From a virus, in UHGV virus genome UHGV-0320751: a stretch of 25,903 nt of DNA; one strand, 5' to 3'. The position numbers were made by a program, and so were the translations under genes. How positions within the stretch are numbered: the stretch's first letter is position 1; every line of letters begins with the position of its first letter. The notes beneath the pieces are model-generated. The model had not been told where the DNA came from, did not search any database, and saw only the letters and a program-made list of their open reading frames with translations. Below, in pieces: positions 1-8,635 of this stretch.

Positions 1-185
1 GTCATGAATCGAAGATAAGCAGAACGGACTGGAGATTTATTGCTTCGGTCTTGTGTGCTTTCGGAATGGCATCAGACATCAGTCCGATTAGCAGGGCTTT
101 TAAGTATGCGCTTGATGGACTCACCAATAAAAAACGCCCGGTGTGCAAGACCGAGCGTTCTGATCAAATACAAATGGAATTTTAA
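1..185 (+). CDS. cII: cII-like transcriptional activator, C-terminal fragment (5' end lies outside the window)
   Basis: Frame 3 is open from position 3 to a TAA at 183-185 and ends ...LTNKKRPVCKTERSDQIQMEF, matching the recalled C-terminus of lambda CII (...TNKKRPAATERSEQIQMEF). Not in the ORF track because it is truncated. Confidence 0.6.
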   Translation, partial: HESKISRTDWRFIASVLCAFGMASDISPISRAFKYALDGLTNKKRPVCKTERSDQIQMEF

Positions 186-198
186 CAACATCCAGCGA
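126..198 (-). ncRNA. oop: oop-like antisense RNA overlapping the cII 3' end, ending in an intrinsic terminator
   Basis: Minus-strand sequence ...UUUGAUCAGAACGCUCGGUCUUGCACACCGGGCGUUUUUUAUU closely matches the recalled 3' half of lambda oop RNA. Hairpin at 135-156 followed by a U-run (plus 126-134). Candidate minus-strand -10 TATAAT is the reverse complement of plus 203-208. The 5' end is approximate. Confidence 0.5.
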
Positions 199-207
199 GG
201 TAATTAT

Positions 208-480
208 ATGCGAAACAAAGGCTTTAATCCACCTGATACACACAAAGAAGTTAAGCGTTTGCGCTTCCTTCGTTCCATTGATGAAAGAACTCAAATCTCT
301 TTTGTGAAAGTTGCCAGAACTGAGCTTCTGAAGGCTGAGGCGAGGGCGTTGCTCCCGTCTCTACCAAAAGAGGAGGGATATACGTTCATTCCAAACGCAT
401 TTCTGGAAAAGCTGCTCAAAGAAGACATATCCGTAAGTCAGTTTAACGATGTTCTTAAGGTCTTTCGTCAAGGCAGGTAG
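208..480 (+). CDS. hypothetical protein between cII and the replication initiator
   Basis: ATG at 208 with an AGG Shine-Dalgarno 9 nt upstream; 90 aa. The track ORF 40..480 begins with TTG and its N-terminal part overlaps the cII frame, so the internal ATG is preferred. No family recognised. Confidence 0.4.
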   Translation: MRNKGFNPPDTHKEVKRLRFLRSIDERTQISFVKVARTELLKAEARALLPSLPKEEGYTFIPNAFLEKLLKEDISVSQFNDVLKVFRQGR

Positions 481-482
481 TT

Positions 483-1430
483 ATGAGCAATACAGCAAAA
501 ATCTACGATTTCAGCGCCGCACACGAGCGCAGGAGCAACAGGATGGAGAACCAGAAAACTGGTTACATTCCGTTGTACCGGAGCATTCTGAAACAGTCAT
601 GGGCGAAAGATGTTTATCTTCGCACCCTGTGGGAAAACCTTCTCCTGAATGCCGCCAGAAAGCCATACAAAGCGAATTTCAAAGGTCATGAATGGCATCT
701 GCAACCCGGTCAACTGGTTGTGACAGCAGCTGATTTAGGTCTTCAGTTATGCGACAGGCATGGCAAGCCGGCAAGCCGTGATCAGGTTGAGCGGATGCTT
801 CAGGTTTTTGTGAAAGAGGGGATGATCTCCATTGATGGAGAGAAGCAAAAAGGTCGTGTGATCACCATCACAAATTACCATGAATATGCTCAAAAAATGG
901 ACGATTCATCCGCACATGAAGCCGCACAAACAACCGCACATGATGCCGCACATGATGAAGCCAGTAATGGCGCTGCATTCAGCGTACATGCCGCACATGA
1001 AAGCGCACATGAAGCCGCACAAACAACCGCACATCATGAACAAGAAGGTATTAACAAGAATATAAATAATACCCCCCTACCCCCCAATGGGGGAGGCGAT
1101 GGGCAGGTTAAACCTGAACGTCGCAAGGCAGAACGCATCGACTACGAATCCTTCCTGAACGCCTACAACACCGAAGTCGGTGACAGACTTCCACACGCTG
1201 TTGCGGTCAACGAGAAACGCAAACGCCGCCTGAAGAAAATCATCCCGCAACTGAAAACGCCAAACGTGGACGGTTTCAGAGCGTATGTCAGGGCGTTTGT
1301 GCATCAGGCCAAGCCGTTTTACTTCGGAGACAACGACACGGGCTGGACGGCAGATTTTGATTACCTGCTGAGGGAAGATTCGTTAACGGGAGTTCGGGAA
1401 GGGAAGTTTGCAGACAGGGGGATTGCATGA
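483..1430 (+). CDS. replication initiator: lambda O-like N-terminal domain fused to a DnaT-like C-terminal domain
   Basis: N-terminus [10 protein letters not shown] resembles lambda O (MTNTAKILNF). The C-terminal region ([18 protein letters not shown]...[17 protein letters not shown]) resembles the DnaT/replisome-organizer domain. Sits directly upstream of a DnaB-like helicase and its stop overlaps the helicase start (ATGA). Confidence 0.8.
   Translation: MSNTAKIYDFSAAHERRSNRMENQKTGYIPLYRSILKQSWAKDVYLRTLWENLLLNAARKPYKANFKGHEWHLQPGQLVVTAADLGLQLCDRHGKPASRDQVERMLQVFVKEGMISIDGEKQKGRVITITNYHEYAQKMDDSSAHEAAQTTAHDAAHDEASNGAAFSVHAAHESAHEAAQTTAHHEQEGINKNINNTPLPPNGGGDGQVKPERRKAERIDYESFLNAYNTEVGDRLPHAVAVNEKRKRRLKKIIPQLKTPNVDGFRAYVRAFVHQAKPFYFGDNDTGWTADFDYLLREDSLTGVREGKFADRGIA
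910..1038. repeat. putative origin iterons inside the initiator gene: two blocks of four 12-bp repeats (CCGCACA core)
   Basis: CCGCACA cores start at 910, 922, 934, 946 and at 991, 1003 (GCGCACA), 1015, 1027, all at 12-bp spacing. Followed by an AT-rich stretch (1040-1066) and C/G tracts. Same layout as ori-lambda inside O. Confidence 0.6.
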
Positions 1431-2803
1431 AACAGGATATCGAAGCGAGCGTTATCGGTGGCCTGCTGATTGGTGGATTAACACCAACCGCCAGCGACGT
1501 TCTGGCAACGCTGGATCCGGAAGCGTTTTCAATTCCGCTCTACCGGAAAGCCTTCGAGGTTATCCGCAAGCAGGCGCGAAACAGAAACCTAATCGACGCG
1601 CTGATGGTTGCCGAGGCGTGCGGAGAGGAGCATTTCACGTCAATCCTGATGACCAGCAAAAACTGCCCGAGTGCCGCAAATCTGAAGGGATATGCAGGAA
1701 TGGTCGCGGATAACTATCACCGCCGTCTGGTGCTGGAAATCATGGATGAAATGCGTGAACCAATTCAGAGCGGAACCATCGACGCATCGAGTCAGGCGAT
1801 GGATGAGCTTGTAAAGCGTCTTTCAGCCATCAGAAAGCCCCGTGACGAGGTTAAACCTGTACGGTTAGGGGAAATCATTACTGACTACACTGACACGCTT
1901 GACAGGCGTCTGAGGAACGGAGAAGAGTCCGATACCCTGAAGACCGGAATCGAAGAACTTGATGCCATCACCGGAGGGATGAACGCAGAAGACCTGGTGA
2001 TAATCGCTGCTCGTCCTGGTATGGGGAAAACCGAACTGGCGCTGAAGATTGCCGAAGGCGTTGCAAGCCGCGTTATTCCTGGTTCTGACGTCCGGCGCGG
2101 GGTATTGATTTTCTCAATGGAAATGAGCGCATTGCAGATTGCAGAGCGAAGCATTGCCAACGCCGGGAGGATGTCGGTTAGCGTACTGCGAAATCCTGCA
2201 TCGATGGATGACGAAGGCTGGGCGCGTGTTGCTAACGGCATGAGTCAGCTTGCAGATTTGGATGTATGGGTAGTCGATGCCTCGCGGTTATCGGTCGAAG
2301 AAATACGCTCAATCGCAGAACGGCATAAACAGGAAAATCCAAACCTGTCTCTAATCATGGCGGATTATCTTGGCCTGATTGAGAAGCCGAAAGCAGACCG
2401 CAACGACCTCGCAATTGCTCACATCTCCGGAAGCCTGAAGGCGATGGCGAAAGACCTGAAAACGCCTGTTATCTCCCTGAGTCAGCTTTCGCGCGATGTT
2501 GAGAAGCGACCAAACAAACGCCCGACAAACGCAGATTTGCGTGATTCAGGAAGCATTGAACAGGACGCAGACTCAATCATCATGCTCTATCGGGAAGCGG
2601 TATATGACGAGAACAGTAGCGCCGCACCATTTGCTGAAATCATTGTGACAAAAAACCGTTTTGGCTCGCTTGGTACGGTTTACCAGCGGTTCTGCAACGG
2701 ACACTTTGTTGCATGTGACCAGGATGAAGCCAGACAGATTTGCACAGCATCAAATGCGCCCGCTGCGCGTGGCAGACGATATGCACAAGGGGCTGACGTA
2801 TGA
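1427..2803 (+). CDS. DnaB-family replicative DNA helicase (phage-encoded)
   Basis: 458 aa with a DnaB N-terminal domain and Walker A motif [13 protein letters not shown], plus RecA-like C-terminal motifs. GGGGGA Shine-Dalgarno before ATG 1427. Confidence 0.9.
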   Translation: MKQDIEASVIGGLLIGGLTPTASDVLATLDPEAFSIPLYRKAFEVIRKQARNRNLIDALMVAEACGEEHFTSILMTSKNCPSAANLKGYAGMVADNYHRRLVLEIMDEMREPIQSGTIDASSQAMDELVKRLSAIRKPRDEVKPVRLGEIITDYTDTLDRRLRNGEESDTLKTGIEELDAITGGMNAEDLVIIAARPGMGKTELALKIAEGVASRVIPGSDVRRGVLIFSMEMSALQIAERSIANAGRMSVSVLRNPASMDDEGWARVANGMSQLADLDVWVVDASRLSVEEIRSIAERHKQENPNLSLIMADYLGLIEKPKADRNDLAIAHISGSLKAMAKDLKTPVISLSQLSRDVEKRPNKRPTNADLRDSGSIEQDADSIIMLYREAVYDENSSAAPFAEIIVTKNRFGSLGTVYQRFCNGHFVACDQDEARQICTASNAPAARGRRYAQGADV

Positions 2804-2884
2804 CCATCTACATCACTGAGCTAATAACAGTGGCTATTTACACAGTAGCCCTTTTTTATTGGATTAAGAACTAGGGGGATCCTA

Positions 2885-3088
2885 ATGGACACCGTTAACG
2901 GAATGTGTTCAGACGCACCGCGTGCCAAAAAATGTAAATGCGGAAAATCACCGACAATATTCGACATGGAGAACGGGTGCCAAATCTACTGCGCTAACCA
3001 CGCTGCTGTGGCGGCCGCGAATTATCGCAGTGCGGTAACGGAGTGGAATAATCTGAAGTCTGTTAGAGAGGGAAGTCATGAATCTTGA
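2885..3088 (+). CDS. small zinc-ribbon protein, possibly Lar-family (restriction alleviation)-like
   Basis: 67 aa with CKCG...(x14)...CQIYC followed by ...AVTEWNN, resembling the Lar/RalR layout (CxxCG ... CxxxC ... AWN). GGGGG Shine-Dalgarno before the ATG. Family assignment is from memory only. Confidence 0.45.
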   Translation: MDTVNGMCSDAPRAKKCKCGKSPTIFDMENGCQIYCANHAAVAAANYRSAVTEWNNLKSVREGSHES

Positions 3089-3260
3089 CGAGCAAGATGC
3101 ACAAACTATTAGCTCATACATAAGGGCATCGAGACCAGATTACAAAGGTCCGGTATTCGTAGATTTATCTCGCCTTGAAGAGATTTACATGTGGAAAGCA
3201 AGGTTACTTACGCATTTTGTTATTCGAACGATGACTAGCAACATTACAAAACCAATGTAA
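3078..3260 (+). CDS. hypothetical small protein (nin-region)
   Basis: ATG at 3078 with GAGAGGGAAG upstream; 60 aa; start overlaps the stop of the preceding ORF. Confidence 0.4.
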   Translation: MNLDEQDAQTISSYIRASRPDYKGPVFVDLSRLEEIYMWKARLLTHFVIRTMTSNITKPM

Positions 3261-3268
3261 CTGGAGAG

Positions 3269-3490
3269 ATGAATATGAGCACACTCGCAGACCTTATTCA
3301 TGCTGATATGGCGGAAGATGGAGCAAGGCGAAATAGGTACTGGAAATCATCAAGCCTTCCAGTTTGTGAAAGATTCAACCACAGGCCAAAACAAAAACGT
3401 AGTCGAAGAGACAAGGTGTTGAAAAAACTCATGCAAATTAACATGGCTGGTTTTGTCAGATTCGTGAGTGAAACGACTAACGGGGATTGA
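3269..3490 (+). CDS. hypothetical small basic protein (nin-region)
   Basis: ORF of 73 aa with a GGAG Shine-Dalgarno; an alternative ATG at 3275 has better spacing. Basic stretch KQKRSRRDK. Confidence 0.4.
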   Translation: MNMSTLADLIHADMAEDGARRNRYWKSSSLPVCERFNHRPKQKRSRRDKVLKKLMQINMAGFVRFVSETTNGD

Positions 3491-3491
3491 T

Positions 3492-3803
3492 ATGGACGAA
3501 TCAAGAAAGCAGTTTGAAGAATGGTTTGAAAATTACACCGGATGTGATCCTAAAAATAAAATATACGCCAATATGGTTGAGATGTATTGGCAAGCGTGGC
3601 AGGCATCGCGAGCAGCTATTGAACTGGATATCGACTGGCCAGAATCGAATGACGACTTTTGGAAAGATGGTGAAGAAGGTGCTTATGCGATGGGTTATGA
3701 GGATGGGCGTGACAAAACGGTAATTGCAGTAATGAAAGCTATCAGAGCCGCTGGAATTAAAGAGAAGAATTTCGATGAAGCAAACAATCTTCCTCCGAAC
3801 TAA
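3492..3803 (+). CDS. hypothetical protein (acidic, Trp-rich)
   Basis: ATG at 3492 with GGGGA upstream, immediately after the stop of the previous ORF; 103 aa. No family recognised with confidence. Confidence 0.5.
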   Translation: MDESRKQFEEWFENYTGCDPKNKIYANMVEMYWQAWQASRAAIELDIDWPESNDDFWKDGEEGAYAMGYEDGRDKTVIAVMKAIRAAGIKEKNFDEANNLPPN

Positions 3804-4185
3804 GCAACAACAGCAAGCCGCAATAAATGCCATCCTCGCAACACCACTCGATAAAGACAAGCCAGTCACCATCCGCATTACTGACTACAAGCGCAACCTT
3901 GACCAGAACGCAAAATTTCACGTGATGCTGGCGGATATCGCTCGTCAGGTTCAATGGTGCGGCAAATGGTTAAAACCGGAACAATGGAAGGTTTTGTTGA
4001 TCAGCGGTCATGCAGTGGCAACAAAGCAGGAAGCTGATGTTTTGCCCGGGCTTGAAGGCGAATACGTCAACATTCGCGAAAGTAGCGCGCAGATGAGCGT
4101 GAAGCGCATGGCAAGCCTGATTGAGTACACGACAGCATGGGCTATTGGTCAGGGTGTCAGATTTACCGACAGGAGGTACGAATGA
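3775..4185 (+). CDS. ninB: NinB recombination protein (Orf family)
   Basis: 136 aa, alignable to recalled lambda NinB (motifs [24 protein letters not shown] versus lambda DQNRKLWACLGDVSRQVEWHGRWL). Confidence 0.9.
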   Translation: MKQTIFLRTKQQQQAAINAILATPLDKDKPVTIRITDYKRNLDQNAKFHVMLADIARQVQWCGKWLKPEQWKVLLISGHAVATKQEADVLPGLEGEYVNIRESSAQMSVKRMASLIEYTTAWAIGQGVRFTDRRYE

Positions 4186-4358
4186 GACGACAGCGACGAA
4201 GCATCACCGACATCATCTGCGAAAACTGCAAATACCTTCCAACGAAACGCTCCAGAAATAAACGCAAGCCAATCCCAAAAGAATCTGACGTAAAAACCTT
4301 CAATTACACGGCTCACCTGTGGGATATCCGGTGGCTAAGACATCGTGCGAGGAAATGA
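4182..4358 (+). CDS. ninE: NinE protein
   Basis: [23 protein letters not shown]... is near-identical to recalled lambda NinE. AGGAGG Shine-Dalgarno at 4171-4176; ATGA overlap with the ninB stop. Confidence 0.8.
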   Translation: MRRQRRSITDIICENCKYLPTKRSRNKRKPIPKESDVKTFNYTAHLWDIRWLRHRARK

Positions 4359-5305
4359 CGATGACTGCGTATTACAACGAAATAGATCCGTATGCAGCGC
4401 AATGGCTGCGTAACTTAATTGACGCTGGAGAAATTGCCCCCGGTTATGTAGATGAAAGGAGTATTGAAGATGTCACACCAGGTGATTTGCGAGGATTTAC
4501 CCAGCACCACTTTTTTGCAGGAATCGGAGTTTGGAGCTATGCACTTAGAAAAGCAGGATGGCCAGACAACAAGAGTATCTGGACAGGAAGTTGCCCATGC
4601 CAACCTTTCAGCTCGGCAGGCAAAGGAAAAGGGGTTGATGACGAGCGGCACTTATGGCCGGCATTCTTCTGGCTTATTGAAAAATGCAATCCTGGCATCG
4701 TTATTGGCGAACAGGTTGCAAGCGCAGACGGCCTCGCTTGGCTCGACCTTGTACAAACTGACTTGGAAGGTGCGAACTACACCTCTGCAGGTACCGATAT
4801 TTGCGCTGCGAGCTTCGGTTCTCCGCACATCAGGCAGCGATTGTATTGGGTGGCCTACTCCAACGACAAATATCAACTTTCAGCCAGAGACGCGCAGGGG
4901 AATTCAGAACCTATCTGGATGCGTGAGACTAGCGGGATGGCAAACTCCTTTAGCGAACGATGCAACAGGTTCAACGCATTGCTACAGCGGAAAAGACAAG
5001 AGCGGAACCCCAAGAATCTGCTTGAAACTTCCCGGGACGGTGAAGCTATGTACCCATTACCGGTTAACGGCTTCTGGAGAGATGCAGACTGGCTTTACTG
5101 TAGAGATGAAAAATATCGTCCAGTTAGACCCGGCTCATTCCCGATGGTTAATGGCATTGCCAAAAGCTTGGGACGAGGCAAGTCCACACTGGGAAGAATG
5201 GCAAAGCGCAATCAAGATCAGCGAATTATTGGATATGGAAACGCAATCAATGCAGAAGTAGCAACGGCATTCGTGAAAGTTTGTATGGAGGTTGTTAATG
5301 CTTAG
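4355..5305 (+). CDS. DNA (cytosine-5)-methyltransferase, orphan (no adjacent endonuclease)
   Basis: C5-MTase motifs are present: FFAGIGV (motif I-like), [13 protein letters not shown] (catalytic PCQ motif IV), GEQV (ENV-like), RQRLYW (motif VIII), IGYGNAI (motif X). Start overlaps the ninE stop. Confidence 0.85.
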   Translation: MTMTAYYNEIDPYAAQWLRNLIDAGEIAPGYVDERSIEDVTPGDLRGFTQHHFFAGIGVWSYALRKAGWPDNKSIWTGSCPCQPFSSAGKGKGVDDERHLWPAFFWLIEKCNPGIVIGEQVASADGLAWLDLVQTDLEGANYTSAGTDICAASFGSPHIRQRLYWVAYSNDKYQLSARDAQGNSEPIWMRETSGMANSFSERCNRFNALLQRKRQERNPKNLLETSRDGEAMYPLPVNGFWRDADWLYCRDEKYRPVRPGSFPMVNGIAKSLGRGKSTLGRMAKRNQDQRIIGYGNAINAEVATAFVKVCMEVVNA

Positions 5306-5474
5306 CCCACCCCAATCCATTCAATACCAGAAAGAAAGCGTCGAGCGGGCTTTAACGTGCGCTAACTGCGGTCAGAAGCTGCATGTGCTGGAAGTTCACG
5401 TGTGTGAGCACTGCTGCGCAGAGCTTATGAGCGATCCGAATAGCTCAATGTACGAGGAAGAAGACGATGAATGA
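5298..5474 (+). CDS. ninF: NinF protein
   Basis: [58 protein letters not shown] is near-identical to recalled lambda NinF. GGAGG Shine-Dalgarno at 5287-5291. The track start at 5292 is TTG. Confidence 0.8.
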   Translation: MLSPPQSIQYQKESVERALTCANCGQKLHVLEVHVCEHCCAELMSDPNSSMYEEEDDE

Positions 5475-6189
5475 GTTAATAAATGGCAATGCCATCAAAA
5501 TGACAAGCATTGAAATCGCTGAGTTGGTTGGTAAGCGTCATGACAATGTGAAACGTACCATCGAAACGCTGGCTAAAAATGGTGTTATCCGGCTTCCTCA
5601 AATTGAGGTTTCCGAAAGAATCAATAACTTAGGGTTCAATGTTCAGTACGAGCATTACGTTTTCGAAGGCGAACAAGGTAAGCGAGACAGTATTGTCGTT
5701 GTTGCCCAGTTGTCGCCGGAATTCACCGCTCGCCTTGTTGACCGCTGGCGAGAGCTTGAAGAAGCTGCGGTTAATATCCCCAAAACGCTACCAGAAGCGT
5801 TGCGCCTTGCTGCTGATCTTGCTGAGCAGAAAATGCAACTGGAAAACCAGCTCGCAATTGCCGCACCTAAAGTTGAGTTTGCCGATCGCGTTGGCGAGGC
5901 CAGCGGAATTTTGATTGGAAACTTTGCAAAGGTTGTCGGTATTGGTCCAAACAAACTGTTTGCGTGGATGCGCGATCACAAAATCCTTATTGCTTCAGGT
6001 TCCCGGCGCAATGTGCCAATGCAGGAATATATGGATCGCGGCTATTTCACAGTGAAAGAAACAGCGTTCAACACAAATCACGGAATACAGATATCGTTCA
6101 CCACAAAAATCACCGGGCGTGGTCAACAGTGGCTGACCAGAAGGCTGCTCTATAGCGGAATGCTGAAAGTAACAGGGGAGGCTGCTTAA
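5467..6189 (+). CDS. Roi-like / phage antirepressor-family DNA-binding protein (Rha/Bro-N-like N-terminus, KilA-C/ANT-like C-terminus)
   Basis: 240 aa. The N-terminus (MTSIEIAELVGKRHDNVKRTIETL) looks like a Rha/Bro-N domain. Position after ninF matches the roi gene of HK022-type nin regions. Confidence 0.75.
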   Translation: MNELINGNAIKMTSIEIAELVGKRHDNVKRTIETLAKNGVIRLPQIEVSERINNLGFNVQYEHYVFEGEQGKRDSIVVVAQLSPEFTARLVDRWRELEEAAVNIPKTLPEALRLAADLAEQKMQLENQLAIAAPKVEFADRVGEASGILIGNFAKVVGIGPNKLFAWMRDHKILIASGSRRNVPMQEYMDRGYFTVKETAFNTNHGIQISFTTKITGRGQQWLTRRLLYSGMLKVTGEAA

Positions 6190-6479
6190 TGGCTAAACTA
6201 CGCAAAGAAGCGCGCGGCAGAGAATGCCAGGTACGTATTTACGGCGTATGCAATGGTAATCCTGAAACTACAGTTCTGGCACATTACCGGATGGCTGGAA
6301 TTTGCGGAACGGGAATGAAGCCTGACGACCTGATCGGCGCATGGGCTTGTAGCGCGTGTCACGATGAAATCGACCGACGCACCCATAATCTCGACAACAA
6401 AGACGCCAGACTTTACCACCTCGAAGGCGTGATCAGGACGCAGGCGATACTACTGAAGGAGGGGAAGATTAAGCCATGA
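6189..6479 (+). CDS. DUF1364 (YbcO-like) protein
   Basis: 96 aa, Cys/His-rich (RECQVRIYGVCNGNPETTVLAH...ACSACHDEIDRR), resembling E. coli DLP12 YbcO as recalled. GGGGAGG Shine-Dalgarno; start overlaps the stop of the upstream gene. Confidence 0.75.
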   Translation: MAKLRKEARGRECQVRIYGVCNGNPETTVLAHYRMAGICGTGMKPDDLIGAWACSACHDEIDRRTHNLDNKDARLYHLEGVIRTQAILLKEGKIKP

Positions 6480-6838
6480 ACGAATATCAGTTTGTGCTTC
6501 CATACCCGCCGTCGGTGAATACCTACTGGCGAAGACGGGGAAGCCAATACTACATCAGCGATAAAGGCCAGAAATACCGAAAAGATGTTCAGCAAATCAT
6601 CCGCCAACTTAAGTTAGACATTTTCACCAAATCACGACTCCGCATCAAAGTCATCGCAGACGTTCCAGACTCCCGCCGCCGCGACCTCGATAACATCCTG
6701 AAAGGTTTACTCGACTCCCTTATCCACGCCGGATTTGCGGAAGACGACGAGCAATTCGATGACATTCGCGTAATTCGTGGTGTGAAAGTACCAGGCGGAC
6801 GGCTTGGAATAAAAATCACCGAACTGGAGAACGTATGA
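6476..6838 (+). CDS. rusA: RusA Holliday-junction resolvase
   Basis: 120 aa with RusA signature (LPYPPSVNTYW...DVPDSRRRDLDNILKGLLDSL...GGRLGIKITEL). AGGAGGGG Shine-Dalgarno. Confidence 0.9.
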   Translation: MNEYQFVLPYPPSVNTYWRRRGSQYYISDKGQKYRKDVQQIIRQLKLDIFTKSRLRIKVIADVPDSRRRDLDNILKGLLDSLIHAGFAEDDEQFDDIRVIRGVKVPGGRLGIKITELENV

Positions 6839-7023
6839 ACGCCACAATTCAAACGATACCAGAGCTTCTTATCCAGACACGAGGCAATCAGACCGAAGTG
6901 GCGAGGATGCTTTCCTGCGCAAGAGGAACAGTGCTCAAGTACAACCGAGACAGCAAAGGCGAGCGTCACGTAATAGTTAACGGCGTCCTGATGGTCAAAC
7001 AGGGCAAGAGGGGAAGACGATGA
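6835..7023 (+). CDS. ninH: NinH-like small DNA-binding protein
   Basis: 62 aa; IPELLIQTRGNQTEVARMLSCARGTVLKY aligns to recalled lambda NinH (IPDMLVEAYGNQTEVARRLKCSRGTVRKY). Confidence 0.75.
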   Translation: MNATIQTIPELLIQTRGNQTEVARMLSCARGTVLKYNRDSKGERHVIVNGVLMVKQGKRGRR

Positions 7024-7643
7024 GACTCGAAAGCGTAGCTAAATTTCATTCGCCAAAAAGCCCGATGATGAGCGACTCACCACGGGCCACGGCTTCTGAC
7101 TCTCTTTCCGGTACTGATGTGATGGCTGCTATGGGGATGGCGCAATCACAAGCCGGATTCGGAATGGCTGCATTCTGCGGTAAGCATGAACTCAGCCAGA
7201 ACGACAAACAAAAGGCTATCAACTATCTGATGCAATTTGCACACAAGGTATCGGGGAAATACCGTGGTGTGGCAAAGCTTGAAGGAAATACTAAGGCAAA
7301 GGTACTGCAAGTTCTCGCAACATTCGCTTATGCGGATTATTGCCGTAGTGCCGCGACGCCGGGTGCAAGATGCAGAGATTGTCACGGTACTGGCCGGGCC
7401 GTTGATATTGCCAAAACAGAACGGTGTGGGAGAGTTGTCGAGAAAGAGTGCGGAAGATGCAAAGGCGTCGGCTATTCAAGGATGCCAGCAAGCGCAGCAT
7501 ATCGCGCTGTGACGATGCTAATCCCAAACCTTACCCAACCCACCTGGTCACGCACTGTTAAGCCGCTGTATGACGCTCTGGTGGTGCAATGCCACAAGGA
7601 AGAGTCAATCGCAGACAATATCTTGAATGCGGTCACACGTTAG
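7020..7643 (+). CDS. Q: late-gene antiterminator Q (lambda-type)
   Basis: 207 aa, essentially identical to recalled lambda Q (MRLESVAKFHSPKSPMMSDSPRATASDSLSG...). Confidence 0.95.
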   Translation: MRLESVAKFHSPKSPMMSDSPRATASDSLSGTDVMAAMGMAQSQAGFGMAAFCGKHELSQNDKQKAINYLMQFAHKVSGKYRGVAKLEGNTKAKVLQVLATFAYADYCRSAATPGARCRDCHGTGRAVDIAKTERCGRVVEKECGRCKGVGYSRMPASAAYRAVTMLIPNLTQPTWSRTVKPLYDALVVQCHKEESIADNILNAVTR

Positions 7644-7685
7644 CAGCATGATTGCCACGGATGGCAACATATTAACGGCATGATA

Positions 7686-7714
7686 TTGACTTTTTGAATA
7701 AAGTTGGGTAAATT
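7686..7714 (+). promoter_or_regulatory. late promoter pR' (-35 TTGACT 7686-7691, -10 TAAATT 7709-7714) with overlapping qut site
   Basis: Hexamers separated by 17 bp, immediately downstream of Q; the sequence matches the recalled lambda pR' region. Confidence 0.7.
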
Positions 7715-7720
7715 TGACCC

Positions 7721-7914
7721 AACGATGGGTTAATTCGCTCGTTGTGGTAGTGAGATAAAAAGAGGCGGCGCTTACTACCGATTCCGCCTAGTTGGTCACT
7801 TCGACGTATCGTCTGGAACTCCAACCATCGCAGGCTGAGAGGTCTGCAAAATGCAATCCCGAAACAGTTCGCAGGTAATAGTTAGAGCCTGCATAACGGT
7901 TTCGGGATTTTTTA
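7721..7914 (+). ncRNA. 6S RNA (short pR' transcript terminated at tR')
   Basis: About 194 nt from the predicted pR' start to the tR' terminator, as in lambda. Confidence 0.55.
7854..7914 (+). terminator. tR' intrinsic terminator
   Basis: Stem AATCCCGAAAC (7854-7864) pairs with GTTTCGGGATT (7899-7909), followed by a T-run (7908-7914). Confidence 0.65.
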
Positions 7915-8311
7915 TATCTGTGCAACAGGTAAGAGCATTCTCCCTTATGGGGCTTGGCTTAAATGCACCGAGTGCTCTTATCGTTGTGCTGAATTAAGCG
8001 AATGCCGGAAGCAGAACCGGATCACCAAATGCGTACAGGCGTCATCGCCGCCCAGCAACAGCACAACCTAAACTGAGCCGTAGCCACTGGCTATCCTGAA
8101 TTCATCAGTGATAGTTACGCTGCGGCCTTCTACACATGATCTTCGTGAAAGCGGGTGGCAGGAGGTCGCGCTAACAACCTCCTGCCGTTTTGCCCGTGCA
8201 TATCGGTCACGAACAAATCTGATTACTAAACACAGTAGCCTGGATTTGTTCTATCAGAAATCGACCTTATTCCTAATTAAATAGAGCAAATCCCCTTATT
8301 GGGGGTAAGAC

Positions 8312-8635
8312 ATGAAGATGCCAGAAAAACATGACCTGTTAGCCGCCATTCTCGCGGCAAAGGAACAAGGCATCGGGGCAATCCTTGCGTTTGCAATGGC
8401 GTACCTTCGCGGCAGATATAATGGCGGTGCGTTTACAAAAACAGTAATCGACGCAACGATGTGCGCCATTATCGCCTGGTTCATTCGTGACCTTCTCGAC
8501 TTCGCAGGACTAAGTAGCAATCTCGCTTATATAACGAGCGTGTTCATCGGCTACATCGGTACTGACTCGATTGGTTCGCTTATCAAGCGCTTCGCTGCTA
8601 AAAAAGCCGGAGTAGAAGATGGTGGAAATCAATAA
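8312..8635 (+). CDS. S: holin S (dual-start: S107 antiholin at 8312, S105 holin at 8318)
   Basis: [20 protein letters not shown]... is identical in layout to lambda S. An upstream CCCC/GGGG stem-loop (8291-8306) corresponds to the lambda sdi structure. Confidence 0.95.
   Translation: MKMPEKHDLLAAILAAKEQGIGAILAFAMAYLRGRYNGGAFTKTVIDATMCAIIAWFIRDLLDFAGLSSNLAYITSVFIGYIGTDSIGSLIKRFAAKKAGVEDGGNQ

Noticed and set aside
40-207. N-terminal extension of track ORF 40..480
   Set aside because: It starts at TTG, has a non-protein-like sequence and overlaps the cII reading frame and the oop terminator; the internal ATG at 208 with a Shine-Dalgarno is preferred.
880-1065. 61-aa alternate-frame ORF with repetitive His/Met/Lys-rich translation
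   Set aside because: A by-product of the iteron repeats read in another frame; it lies entirely inside the initiator gene.
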